Positions 20,242 through 30,512 of a DNA stretch of 64,000 bases are shown in pieces (the stretch's first letter is position 1; each line of letters opens with the position of its first letter). The position numbers and the translations under genes were made by a program. The notes beneath the pieces were generated by a model that was given only the letters and a program-made list of their open reading frames with translations, was not told where the DNA came from and searched no databases. Source of the stretch: Candidatus Latescibacterota bacterium (lineage in GTDB: Bacteria > Latescibacterota > UBA2968 > GCA-2709665); NCBI GenBank assembly GCA_965226795.1, contig CBDDDZ010000005.1, positions 2,624,001 to 2,688,000 on the forward strand. The letters run 5' to 3'.

Positions 20242-22690
20242 ATGGCCTTATCCAAACGCTATCGCCCACAGGAGACAGAGCCTCGCCTTCAGGCGCGCTG
20301 GCAACTGTCAGACATCTCTACAAATTCGAGAGGCCGGCCGAGGGTCCCGTATACGCCATCGACACCCCTCCGGCAACCGTGTCCGGAAAACTCCACATGG
20401 GCCACGTCTATTCCTACAGCCATGCAGACTTCATGGCTCGCTTCTGGCGAATGAACGGACGGCGGGTGTTTTACCCGATGGGATATGACGACAACGGCCT
20501 CCCAACGGAACGGTTGGTGGAAAAACGCCTGGGAACAAGCGCATCGGGACTCGGCCGTCAGGCGTTTATCGAAAAATGCATGTACCACGGTGAAGCCATT
20601 GAATGCGAATACGAGAACCTCTGGCTTCGCCTGGGGCTTTCGGTCGACTGGTCACATACCTATCGCACAGCGGGCGACACCGCCCGCCGCATTGCACAGA
20701 AGTCATTTATAGACCTGTTAGACAAAGGACTGGCCTACCGAAAAAAGGCGCCGGCTATCTGGTGCCCGGCATGCGGAACCGCCATCTCGCAAGCCGAATT
20801 GAACGACGTGGACAGAGAAAGCGAGTTCATCACCCTGGACTTCCGCCTTGCCGACGGAACCTCGCTGCCGATCGCCACTACCCGGCCGGAACTTCTGCCC
20901 GCATGTGCGGCGATTTTCGTCCATCCAAGTGACGAACGCTACCGTTCATTCACCGGCCGCAATGTCTCAGTCCCACTTTACGGCCATCAGGTGCCCGTAC
21001 TGCAGGATACAGGGGCGGATCCCGAAACAGGCACGGGCGCTGTTATGTGCTGCACCTTCGGCGACGCAGCGGACGTGGCCTGGTGGCGTTCCCACAACCT
21101 GCCGCTGGTCTCCGCCATCGACAAACACGGCCGGATGACCTCCGGTTCCGGCATTCTCGAAGGCCTTTCCGTGTCCGATGCCAGGCGGCAAGTCTTCAAG
21201 GCGCTCAATGAACGCGGCGTGATCCTGGACCGACGGCCCGCGCCTCAGTCCGTTCGGGTCCACGATCGCTGCGACACGCCGGTGGAATACATCGTCGCTC
21301 CGCAGTGGTTCATCCGTGTCCTTGACTTCAAAAGCCGATGGCTTGAACTGGGCGAAGAAATCAGGTGGCATCCTCCGCACATGAAAGACCGTTACATTGA
21401 ATGGATCGAAAACCTGCACTGGGACTGGTGTATCTCCCGACAGCGGCGCTTTGGTATCCCGTTTCCCGTGTGGTATTGCGGCGACTGCGGAAAATCGACG
21501 TGGCGCCGGACGATGAACTGCCAGCAGACCCGCTTGAAACATCCCCGGCCTCCGGCTGTACTTGCGGCGCCGACTGCTGGGTAGCCGATACGGATGTTAT
21601 GGACACCTGGGCTACCTCATCGCTCAGTCCTCAGATCGCCGCAGGTTGGTTATCCGACAGCGAGCTCTATCAGAACGTCTACCCCATGTCCATGCGCCCT
21701 CAGTCACATGAAATCATTCGGACGTGGGCTTTCTACACGATTGTCAGATCTCACCACCATTTTGGTCAGATACCCTGGAAGGAGATTTGCATTTCCGGAT
21801 GGGGCCTGGCTCCTGAAGGCACGGGGAAAATCAGCAAGAGCCGCGGGGGCGGGCCGACCGCGCCGATGGCCGCAATCCGGAAATACTCGGCTGACGCCGT
21901 GCGTTATTGGGCGGCCGGGACCGGATTCGGCAAAGACACGGTCATCAGCGAAGACAAATTCAAGGCCGGCAGCAAACTGGTCACCAAACTCTGGAACGTA
22001 GCCCGCTTCAGCGAACGGTTCCTTCAAGGATATCGCCCTCCTGTGGAACCACAGGCCCTCACCTCCGCGGACCGCTGGATCCTGTCTCGCACACAACGCC
22101 TTATCGATCGGGCAACCGGCTTTTTCCAAAACTATCAATACGCTCTCGCCAGGAGTGAAACCGAAACCTTCTTCTGGAGAGACCTGGCGGACAACTACCT
22201 TGAAATGGCCAAGCGGCGTCTGTATGACGAGACCGGGATCGGAACCGGTGGTGCGCAATATACACTCAGCCATGTACTTCGAACCTGCATCCACCTCTTT
22301 GCACCGTTTCTGCCGTACGTAACCGAAGAGATCTACGTTGGACTGTTCGCAGAGAACGGTGAATCCATCCACACCTCAGCCTGGCCGTCCGTGAACCCGC
22401 GACTTTTGGACGAACGCGCCGAAACAACGGGCAACCACCTGGTTGAAATCGCCACTGCGGTTCGACGTTACAAGAGCAACGCCAATCTCTCACTCAGCGC
22501 ACCCCTGAAACGGCTGCAACTGACCGTAAAGGATCAGGCGTTCTCATTGTCACTGAAGGAGGCTGAATCGGATCTGACCAGCATCACGCGTGCACGTAAT
22601 TTTGACGTCGGGCTTAACAACCCGCACGATCCTGGCCTTCACGTCGTGCTGAACGGCGAGACCGTCACGGCGGCCATCGAAGCGCAATAG
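20242..22690 (+). CDS. valS: Valyl-tRNA synthetase, short type; frameshifts near 20315 and 21493
   Basis: MALSKRYRPQETE, IDTPPATVSGKLHMGH (HIGH), GYDDNGLPTE, ATTRPEL, GTGAVMCCTFGD, WDWCISRQR, DVMDTWATS, HEIIRTW, KISKS. Confidence 0.92.
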
Positions 22691-22959
22691 GGCTTCCCGG
22701 CACCTTGACCGCGTTCTGCCGTGAGTTAGAGCAGGCTAACAGGACAACGATCGACGAAACGGGGATGTTATAAGAAAGAAGAACCGGAAAGGGAGGTCAA
22801 ATAAGATTTCGGAAGTCATTGCGACTGCATTCAAATCCCGATACACGCTGTGTTTTTCGACCTTAGGGGGAGTCAAATGCGATTGCTTTTGGTACATGCT
22901 CAGCCACGCGTTACCTTGAAACTTATGGTCGTGGAATGCTGACCGTCAGGACGAATACG

Positions 22960-23122
22960 ATGCCCGACTCTCGACGAAACACCTTCGACAGCGTCGCATG
23001 CCGTTACGATGAAATCAGGCCCGGGTACCCCGACGAGCTAATTGACGACATCGAATGTCTATCGGGGATTCCTGACGATGGAAGAATCCTGGAGATCGGA
23101 TGCGGCACCGGGCATGCAACGA
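22960..23122 (+). pseudogene. N-terminal fragment of a class I SAM methyltransferase
   Basis: TFDSVACRYDEIRPGYPDEL...ILEIGCGTGHAT; similarity ends right after motif I. Confidence 0.65.
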
Positions 23123-23236
23123 GTCAACACCTTTCGTCGTGCTTTCGGACTGCGCCTTTCGAACGCTGCGAGTTGGGATTGGACAATCGTGATGGTTTCA
23201 TTCTGTTGAACATCCCCGATTGCAGGTGCGTCTACC

Positions 23237-23533
23237 ATGGGAGGAATTGTGAGCCTTTTCATTGACATGATCTGGGAACTTGTGGCGTTGTTGGTAATCG
23301 ATGGTTTTCCTTCCCTCTTCAGGCGAAACCTGCCGAAGCCGGTTCATCGACTCCGAGTTTCGGCTTGGATCCTTATTCTTTTAAGCCTGGTATGCTTTGT
23401 TTCTGTCTATGTCCCTTCGTTCGAAGCCCATCGAGGTTTACTCAAGCGCGTTACAATTGGCAGCCTGATGATTCTATTGGCCGTCATGGTGGCCATGACG
23501 CTTCTCCTGAAAGCCGGGAAGACTCGTGGCTGA
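23237..23533 (+). CDS. Small hypothetical membrane protein
   Basis: 98 aa with about three hydrophobic segments. Confidence 0.5.
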   Translation: MGGIVSLFIDMIWELVALLVIDGFPSLFRRNLPKPVHRLRVSAWILILLSLVCFVSVYVPSFEAHRGLLKRVTIGSLMILLAVMVAMTLLLKAGKTRG

Positions 23534-23717
23534 ATATCGACTCGAATCTGAAACGGAACACCTCGATGTGGTTCGGATGCAGGGAACGCAACGAAGGGTG
23601 TTGGCAACATCATCTGCCGGCGTGCGGCGTTTCACCCCCCAAGGGAAGCCAAAGACGTAATCGCGAGTCTCTGCCCACGCGGTCCGCTCGGCAATTGGTT
23701 GTCGCTCGAATTTCTGT

Positions 23718-23759
23718 CAAAAAACGAAGGCGCCGGGGCGAAGTTCTCGCTCCCGGCGC
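23718..23759 (-). terminator. Probable terminator
   Basis: GCGCCGGGGCGA/TCGCTCCCGGCGC hairpin with an A-run on its left (T-run on minus strand). Confidence 0.4.
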
Positions 23760-23948
23760 GTTTGGTCTACCGCAGGGTGGGTCTCTTGTCCGTCATTCTT
23801 CCTTAATGGACGTGATCAAGGAAGCACAGGTCCCCGGATCTTCAGATTCTGATATTTTATCTTCTCTCCTCCAAGTCAGGAATAAACCTGTCCGGAGGTT
23901 GACGAGGCGTGAACGACTATGGCCGCGGGACTTCCTTTCATCCCGCGG

Positions 23949-24926
23949 CTATCGGGCTTCGAAGAAGAACCGGATCACGTCGTCCTCTTTGAGCATGGCA
24001 TCGAAGAACCTCTGGTCCTCTTCGTTCAACTCGCCCGCCGACTGCAGGACAATCCGCATGTATTGCTCCCTGGTGAACGTGAGCGTCAGGTTGTCCCCCT
24101 CCACGTCGAAGGAGCATTCCATAATTAGCCCCTCTTCTTCCACCATTGTGAGAATATCGCCGTTCACCGACCACGTTCCCGTACCGGACCACGTACCCGT
24201 GCTGTCCTGGTCTGCAAAAGTGCCGGCTGCGTCAATACGCCGGATCGGCGACCAGACACTGTCGCGGAGGCCGGTCTCCAGATTGCCTGTGAACTCCTGG
24301 ACGAGAAAGGCGGCAGTCGCACTATCCACCAGGCCTTGTTCCAGAATCGCGGTTACCAGGTTCTCGCTTATCGTTTCAACCATATCGGTTCCAACGTATC
24401 CCCACGATCCGACAATACCAGGTGACGAAAGCGAAGATGAACCCGTAACGCGCGCCGTTCCGTCAACGGGCAGATCGACCGCCACTTCGTATCCTCCGTT
24501 TACCGGAATGCTCGACCAGGAACCCAGCACGGCCCCATCCTGCACGGCGCGCGCCCGATAGTAACCGCTCACATTGCCTCCCCCAATCTCCACACGCGCC
24601 TCACCGTTCGCATCGGTAGAGCCCGACCAGGAATAATTCGCCGGCAGGCCAGAGACAGACCGGAAAAACTCCACGGTCACGCCACTCAACGGCCCACCGT
24701 CCTGCCGCACCATTGCCACCACAACGGCTTGTCTCACATTTCCGCTTACTGCCAATTTGCCCAACGGCTGACCTGCATACACCTGCCGGGTTGCAGGGTT
24801 GACCCCCTCAGCGGGCGGATCCACTTCCGGTGCCATAGAGGTGGTAACGCGGTCCCCTCCACAGCCCCACGCCAGGCCGCCAACCACGACCAGGGCAAAC
24901 ACATTGCGGATCGGACTAAACATCAC
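23949..24926 (-). CDS. Lipoprotein: beta-rich N-terminal module plus lipocalin-like C-terminal domain
   Basis: AAGGAG RBS; lipobox AWGC; module shared with 32908..34422; IVGSW and GTWSVNGDILT motifs. Confidence 0.7.
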   Translation of the reverse strand: MMFSPIRNVFALVVVGGLAWGCGGDRVTTSMAPEVDPPAEGVNPATRQVYAGQPLGKLAVSGNVRQAVVVAMVRQDGGPLSGVTVEFFRSVSGLPANYSWSGSTDANGEARVEIGGGNVSGYYRARAVQDGAVLGSWSSIPVNGGYEVAVDLPVDGTARVTGSSSLSSPGIVGSWGYVGTDMVETISENLVTAILEQGLVDSATAAFLVQEFTGNLETGLRDSVWSPIRRIDAAGTFADQDSTGTWSGTGTWSVNGDILTMVEEEGLIMECSFDVEGDNLTLTFTREQYMRIVLQSAGELNEEDQRFFDAMLKEDDVIRFFFEAR

Positions 24927-25412
24927 GATCTCCTTTCCTTAGAAATTTACTTGCGAAAGACGCCGGCATGTCATCCACCGATTCATGGATCCGTTTACGG
25001 TTGGTAACTGTGTTTAACTATCCGAATGCCAAAACACATCCAACCATGTTCTAACGACTCATGAGAACGTGAAATGTTTCTACGCTGTGCTGTTTGTGGC
25101 GAACGACACGATGTCTACCAGCATCGGTCGGGCGTGCGGCGCGCATATTTTCAGTAGGCTGTCGACAGGATTCCACAAGGCAATCCTCAACCAATCCTTC
25201 CTTTTACGCCCGGCCCGACAGTGTATGGCGACCCGAACCGACGGATGTCGTACAAAGCCGTTCATCCCCTGATGCCCGTGCGCCGAAAATCTGAACAAAA
25301 TACTTGACATATCGAACGAATCCTATTATCTAATCTTTTCGGCGCACATCCGTCAATGTTTTCTAATATATGGAAACGGAGAGGTCGGGTCAAAAAAAAA
25401 GGAGATCGGCCG

Positions 25413-25757
25413 ATGGAGGTTAACACCGAGCGGGACAACGGTACGTTGATCGCGAAGGCTGCGGGCCGCGTCGACGGGTCCAACGCCCGTGCGTTCGAGG
25501 AAGCTCTCGATTCCGCAATCACCCAGCACGAAGACGGTCAAGCCGTGATTGTGGATTTTGAAGGGCTTTCATACATAAGCAGTGCGGGACTTCGGGTCAT
25601 CCTGCTAACCGCCAGGACGCTTCGAAAACAGGACAAGGAATTCGTGGTCTGCTCACTCTCCGATCCAATCAGGGAGGTCTTTGAGATCAGCGGATTCGAC
25701 AAAATTATACCGGTTTACACCTCCCGATCCGAAGCGCAGGCAGCGGTCGGAGGATAG
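25413..25757 (+). CDS. STAS-domain anti-anti-sigma factor (RsbV/SpoIIAA-like)
   Basis: GRVDGSNA, VDFEGLSYISSAGLRVIL (phospho-Ser motif), EVFEISGFDKII. Confidence 0.92.
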   Translation: MEVNTERDNGTLIAKAAGRVDGSNARAFEEALDSAITQHEDGQAVIVDFEGLSYISSAGLRVILLTARTLRKQDKEFVVCSLSDPIREVFEISGFDKIIPVYTSRSEAQAAVGG

Positions 25758-25963
25758 CAAAAGGTTGGTCCGGGACTGCTTCACGGAAGCATAATGCTTT
25801 TCGTTGAAGAAGCACGACGGGTGGAAATGACACCGTAGCCGCACCGTGTCCTCTGGACGATCATTCAGGTTATCGGCAAAATGAATGGATGGCGTGGCTG
25901 CCGCGTTGTGTCCTGGTTTCAAACGGTTTCCCCTGAATCTCCCGAGAAACTGAAAGGCCGACC

Positions 25964-27635
25964 ATGATCGAAAGACCTGCTGCCGATCGGGTTGCTCATC
26001 GTCGTAGCCAAGCTTCTCGAGTGCCTCCTCGACCGGATTGGCATGAGTTCGATCGCCGCCTACACGGCGGCCGGGATTCTCCTCGGGCCCGTCGCCGGGA
26101 TCGTTGTACCCACGAGCAAGCTTCAGGTCTTCCTGGGCATCGGCGTCTTCATCCTCTTCTTCCTTGTCGGCCTCGACGAGATCGACATCCCCGGCTTCGT
26201 GTCAACCATCCGGGGGCGTTTTTTTTATGCCGCTACACTGTCAGTCGTGATCTCCATGGTTGCGGCCATGATCGTGACATCGGACCTGTTCGGGGTCGAT
26301 TTGCCCTGGAGCTCCATTTCAAGGATGCGCTGGCACTCGCCGGCATCCTGTCGATGTCAAGCCTGGGGCTTGTGGCAAAGGTACTCGCAGACAAAGGATA
26401 CCTTAAAGAACCCCTTGGCCTCGAGATATTTACCACGGTGATCATCGCCGAGATGATCACACTCCTGGTGGTGGGATTCAGCATCGGCGAACATACCATC
26501 GGCGCACACGACCATCTCATGGGCGCCGTCAGCGTGGTATTTCTGCTCGCGGAAGTCGCGGCTTTCGCGGTCGTGGCGTGGATTCTGTCCGCCAGAATTA
26601 TGCCGACGACGATTCTCTATCTGAAACGAATCTTCAACGTCCCCGAGTTGTCGTTTGGGCTGCTGATCGGCGGCCTTTTTCTCATGGTCGTCGTGGCCGA
26701 AGAGGTGGGCCTGCACGGGTCTCTGGGAGCTCTGCTTTTCGGCGCGGCACTATCGGGCCTGCCGCGTCAGGTGCACGACGACATTATGCCCGGCATTCGC
26801 AGCGCGGCGGAGGGCCTTTTCGCTCCGCTCTTTTTTTGCCTTGGCCGGCTTGCGCCTGGACTTGTCCTTTGTTTCTCTGCCATTGGCGACCATTCTCGCC
26901 GTGCTGATTATTCCCGCTGCGGGAAAGTTTGCGGGCGCACTCATCGGCGCCTACGCGGCTCGACTCGACAAACCCTACGCACAGGCGGCCGGACTGATGG
27001 CCAAGGGCGTGGCCGAGATCGCGCTGCTGCTCGTCCTCCTGGAAAACAACGTGATAGGACAGGACGTGTTCTCGCTGGTCGTGCTCGTAATGTTCGGATA
27101 TATCGTGCTGATGCCACCGGCAATTACCGCGGCAGTTAACCGAGCGCGTAAGACCCACCGCCCCTCGCCGCCGGAGGTCGTGCCAACTTCCTTCGCGCGC
27201 CGCGCCCTGGACGATATTACAGCCGGTCACGTGCTGGACCCGTCCCGGTCCTATCCCGAAGCATCACTGTCTATCAGGAAATTTGCCGATGATTGGATCG
27301 CGCCGCATCAACAGGATTACGTCGTGGTCGACAATGGCGACGTTGTGGGGATCGTGTCGCCATCCCGATTGACATCAGTCCCCATGGGTTCCTGGGCGGA
27401 TACACCGCTGCAGAATGTACTGCGAACGGACCCACCGCATGCCGTAACCGACGAGCCCATCGAAGACGTTCTTCAACAGATGTCGCGTCATTCATTGTCG
27501 GTGATACCGGTCCTGGATAAGGACTCGGACAAGTTCCTGGGTACTATAACCAGCCACGATGTCGTCGACCTCGTCATTCTGATGGATGAAATCGCCGACG
27601 AGTTGGAGCAGATGGACGACAAAAGGACAAAGTAA
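25964..27635 (+). CDS. Cation:proton antiporter (CPA2-like) with C-terminal CBS pair; three frameshifts
   Basis: Joined from ORFs 25964, 25992 and 26841 at 25971-73, 26300-02 and 26831-37; AGILLGP, FLVGLD, GALLFG, PLFF, GKFAG, GLMAKG; CBS motifs VVGIVS and IPVLD..FLGTIT. Confidence 0.82.
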
Positions 27636-27748
27636 CCCCACTTTTTCTACAGATCCACTTATGGGGCAGCGTCCGGATGTCAACCCGCTAACGCGCGTCT
27701 GCCGGATTCGACAATGCAGGTAACCATCCTATCGTGGGGTATTTCGAA

Positions 27749-28918
27749 ATGTCCGCACTCCCATACAAGATCCTGGTGGTGGACGACGAGCCCGACCTCG
27801 AACCGCTTATGCTGCAGCGTATGCGGCGTCCGATTCGCAAAGGCCGCTATACGTTCGTGTTTGCGCACAACGGGATCGAGGCCCTCGAGCGGCTTAATGA
27901 AGACGACACCATCGATATGGTGCTCTCCGACATCAACATGCCCCAGATGGACGGCCTTACGCTGCTCGAGCAAATCCCCAAGGTGGATCCGAATATCCGT
28001 TCCGTGATTATTTCGGCGTATGGCGACATGAAAAACATCCGGATCGCGATGAACCGGGGCGCGTTCGATTTCGTCACCAAGCCCATAGATTTTTCGGACC
28101 TGCAGGTGACTATTGATCGAACGATGCACCATCTGATCGAGTGGCGGGAGGCGCTCGAATCGCGCGACAAGCTGATCGCGTTGCAGAACGAGCTCGACGT
28201 TGCCAGTAAAATGCAGCAGTCGATTTTGCCCACACGGTTTCCGGAGAACCTCACCTATCAGGCATTCGGGAGCATGGAACCCGCTCGCAACGTCGGCGGC
28301 GACTTCTTCGACATCATCGGGCTCGAAGACGGACGCATCGGCATCGCAATCGCCGATGTCTCGGACAAGGGGGTGCCCGCGGCGCTCTTCATGATGTCAA
28401 GCAGGACGGTACTTCGGGGTGCGGCAATCGGGACCATCAATCCCGGAGAGGTCCTTTTCGAAGTCAACAATTCACTCTGCGAGAACAACGAAGCCGCCAT
28501 GTTCGTCACCGTCTTCTACGCGGTCTTCGATCCCGCCAATCGTCAGTTCGTGTATGCCAACGGCGGGCACAATTCGCCGCTCATCGTCAACGCGGACGGA
28601 CAAGCGACCAGGCTACCCCTGACGGGCGGCATTGCCCTTGCAATGTTGCCTGACATCGAATACGGATACAATTCGGTCACACTCGCACCCGGCGATACGG
28701 TTGTCCTATATACGGACGGTGTCACCGAAGCCATTAACGACGTGGAGGAAGAGTTCGGGATGCAACGCCTGCATAACGTCTTCGCGGGCGCACCTCCACA
28801 GGACGCCCGCGAAGCCAATGACGCGGTCTTTGAGGCCGTGAGAGGATTTGTAGGCGACACTCCCCAATTCGACGATATAACCTGCGTTACGTTCCGGTAC
28901 AGGGGGGCGGAAGCGTGA
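27749..28918 (+). CDS. Receiver domain + PP2C/SpoIIE phosphatase (RsbU/RsbY-like)
   Basis: ILVVDDE, SDINMP, FVTKP; VGGDFFD, ADVSDKG, YTDGVTEA, DDIT. Confidence 0.93.
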   Translation: MSALPYKILVVDDEPDLEPLMLQRMRRPIRKGRYTFVFAHNGIEALERLNEDDTIDMVLSDINMPQMDGLTLLEQIPKVDPNIRSVIISAYGDMKNIRIAMNRGAFDFVTKPIDFSDLQVTIDRTMHHLIEWREALESRDKLIALQNELDVASKMQQSILPTRFPENLTYQAFGSMEPARNVGGDFFDIIGLEDGRIGIAIADVSDKGVPAALFMMSSRTVLRGAAIGTINPGEVLFEVNNSLCENNEAAMFVTVFYAVFDPANRQFVYANGGHNSPLIVNADGQATRLPLTGGIALAMLPDIEYGYNSVTLAPGDTVVLYTDGVTEAINDVEEEFGMQRLHNVFAGAPPQDAREANDAVFEAVRGFVGDTPQFDDITCVTFRYRGAEA

Positions 28919-29334
28919 GCGCGAAACAATCCTTTCGTATCGAGGCCAACCTCGACGAACTGCGTCGGGTCGCCGCCGCTGCCGAAGAACTCGGGCTGCA
29001 GGAAGATTGGTCGCCCGCGCTGGTTCATCAGATTGACCTCGCCATAGAGGAAATCGGCAATAACATTGTCCGTCACGGTCTCGACGGTGGACCTGGCGAG
29101 ATCGAGATCACGTTGACCTCGGACGACGATTCGATCACCCTCGAGATCGCGGACGACGGCCGGCCCTTCAACCCCTTGAAAGACGCGCCGAAACCCGATC
29201 TGGAAGCGGCGCTCGAAGATCGGCCAATCGGTGGACTCGGCATTCACCTGGTGCTGACAATGATGGACGAGATGCACTACCGGCGAGAGAAAGAACGGAA
29301 CCACCTTACGCTGGTGAAGCGGAGGACCCAATGA
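28915..29334 (+). CDS. RsbW/SpoIIAB-like anti-sigma Ser kinase
   Basis: EEIGNNIVRHG, DDGRPFNP, GGLGIHLV; GTGA overlap with the upstream gene. Confidence 0.92.
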   Translation: MSAKQSFRIEANLDELRRVAAAAEELGLQEDWSPALVHQIDLAIEEIGNNIVRHGLDGGPGEIEITLTSDDDSITLEIADDGRPFNPLKDAPKPDLEAALEDRPIGGLGIHLVLTMMDEMHYRREKERNHLTLVKRRTQ

Positions 29335-30512
29335 GATCGACGTTTCGCCACGGGGTGCGGCTGTTCGTCGCGTGGATTGCGCTTTCGCCCGTCCTGGAAG
29401 GCGCCGAGCTCGAAACCGGCGTCTCGGACGAGCGCATTCTGTTCGGACAGTCCGCCGCCTTCAGTGGCCCCGCCGCGCAACTGGGTACCGACATGAAACG
29501 CGGTATCGAAGCTGCGTTCCAGGAGATCAACCGGCGCGGGGGTGTCCACGGTCGTCGTTTGGAACTCATTTCTCGCGATGACGCATACGAGCCGGAAGCA
29601 GCCATCGCAAACACCCTGTATCTTATCAAAGAGGCAAAGATCTTCGCGCTCATCGGCGCCGTGGGCACGCCGACGTCGCGCTCAGCTACCCCTGTCGCCG
29701 CCGAATCCGATATTCCCTATATTGCCCCGTTCACGGGTGCGGCGTTCCTCCGGGATGCAAAGTGGAACAACGTGATTAACCTGAGGGCGTCGTACAACCA
29801 GGAGACGGAGGAGATGATCGCTCGGCTGACGGGCGACCTCGGCATAAAGCGTATCGCCGTCATGTACCAGGACGATTCCTTCGGCCGGGCCGGCTACCGC
29901 GGCGCGCGACGTGCACTCGAACGGCGGGGAATGGGGGCGGTGGCCGTGGGGTTGTATCCGCGAAACACCACGGCAGTTAAAACGGCACTGCTCGACTTGC
30001 GCATGGTGAACCCCGAAGCGGTGATCCTGATTGGCGCGTATGAACCGGTCGCGACCTTTATTGCATGGGCGCGGCACATCGGCATGGACCCCGTTTTCAT
30101 TACCATCTCTTTCGTAGGCAGCAACGCGCTCGCCACGCAGTTGGGTGCCGCCGGAACCGGAGTCTACGTCACTCAGGTCGTACCGTTTCCAGCCGACGAC
30201 TACTTCCCCGTCGCAACCGCCTACCGCCGGGCACTTTCGGCCTTCGATTCCGATGCTGTTCCGGGTTTCGTTTCCTTCGAAGGGTACCTGGCCGGCCGTC
30301 TGGCCATAGCCGCTCTCGAACGCTGTGGCCCGGAGGTCAGCCGGGCTTCTTTTCTCAACAGTCTCCGCAGTACCAAAATCGTCGATATAGACGGATTCGA
30401 ACTGCGGTATGGCAGCCAGGATAATCAGGGGTCGGATGCCGTTTTTCTGACCATGATAGGTCGTGACGGCCGCTACTATCCAATCGATACGCTCCAGGAA
30501 ACGGTGCCGTGA
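29331..30512 (+). CDS. LivJ-like (type I) periplasmic ligand-binding protein
   Basis: Signal peptide; FGQSAAFSGP, GGVHGRRLEL, DDAYEP, GAVGTPT, RASY, EGYLAG. Confidence 0.9.
   Translation: MRSTFRHGVRLFVAWIALSPVLEGAELETGVSDERILFGQSAAFSGPAAQLGTDMKRGIEAAFQEINRRGGVHGRRLELISRDDAYEPEAAIANTLYLIKEAKIFALIGAVGTPTSRSATPVAAESDIPYIAPFTGAAFLRDAKWNNVINLRASYNQETEEMIARLTGDLGIKRIAVMYQDDSFGRAGYRGARRALERRGMGAVAVGLYPRNTTAVKTALLDLRMVNPEAVILIGAYEPVATFIAWARHIGMDPVFITISFVGSNALATQLGAAGTGVYVTQVVPFPADDYFPVATAYRRALSAFDSDAVPGFVSFEGYLAGRLAIAALERCGPEVSRASFLNSLRSTKIVDIDGFELRYGSQDNQGSDAVFLTMIGRDGRYYPIDTLQETVP

Noticed and set aside
20311..21494. Programmed frameshifting in valS
   Set aside because: No canonical slippery heptamer at either break, and similar indels are scattered through unrelated genes.
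22877..22942. Short ORF MRLLLVHAQPRVTLKLMVVEC with a good RBS
   Set aside because: Too short to assign; probably debris among other gene fragments.
24168..24200. 18-bp-period duplication encoding GTWSGTGTWS
   Set aside because: Two imperfect in-frame copies within a CDS; not an array.
23365..24561. 398-aa plus-strand ORF
   Set aside because: Largely antisense to the lipoprotein gene; Ser/Arg-rich with no family signal.
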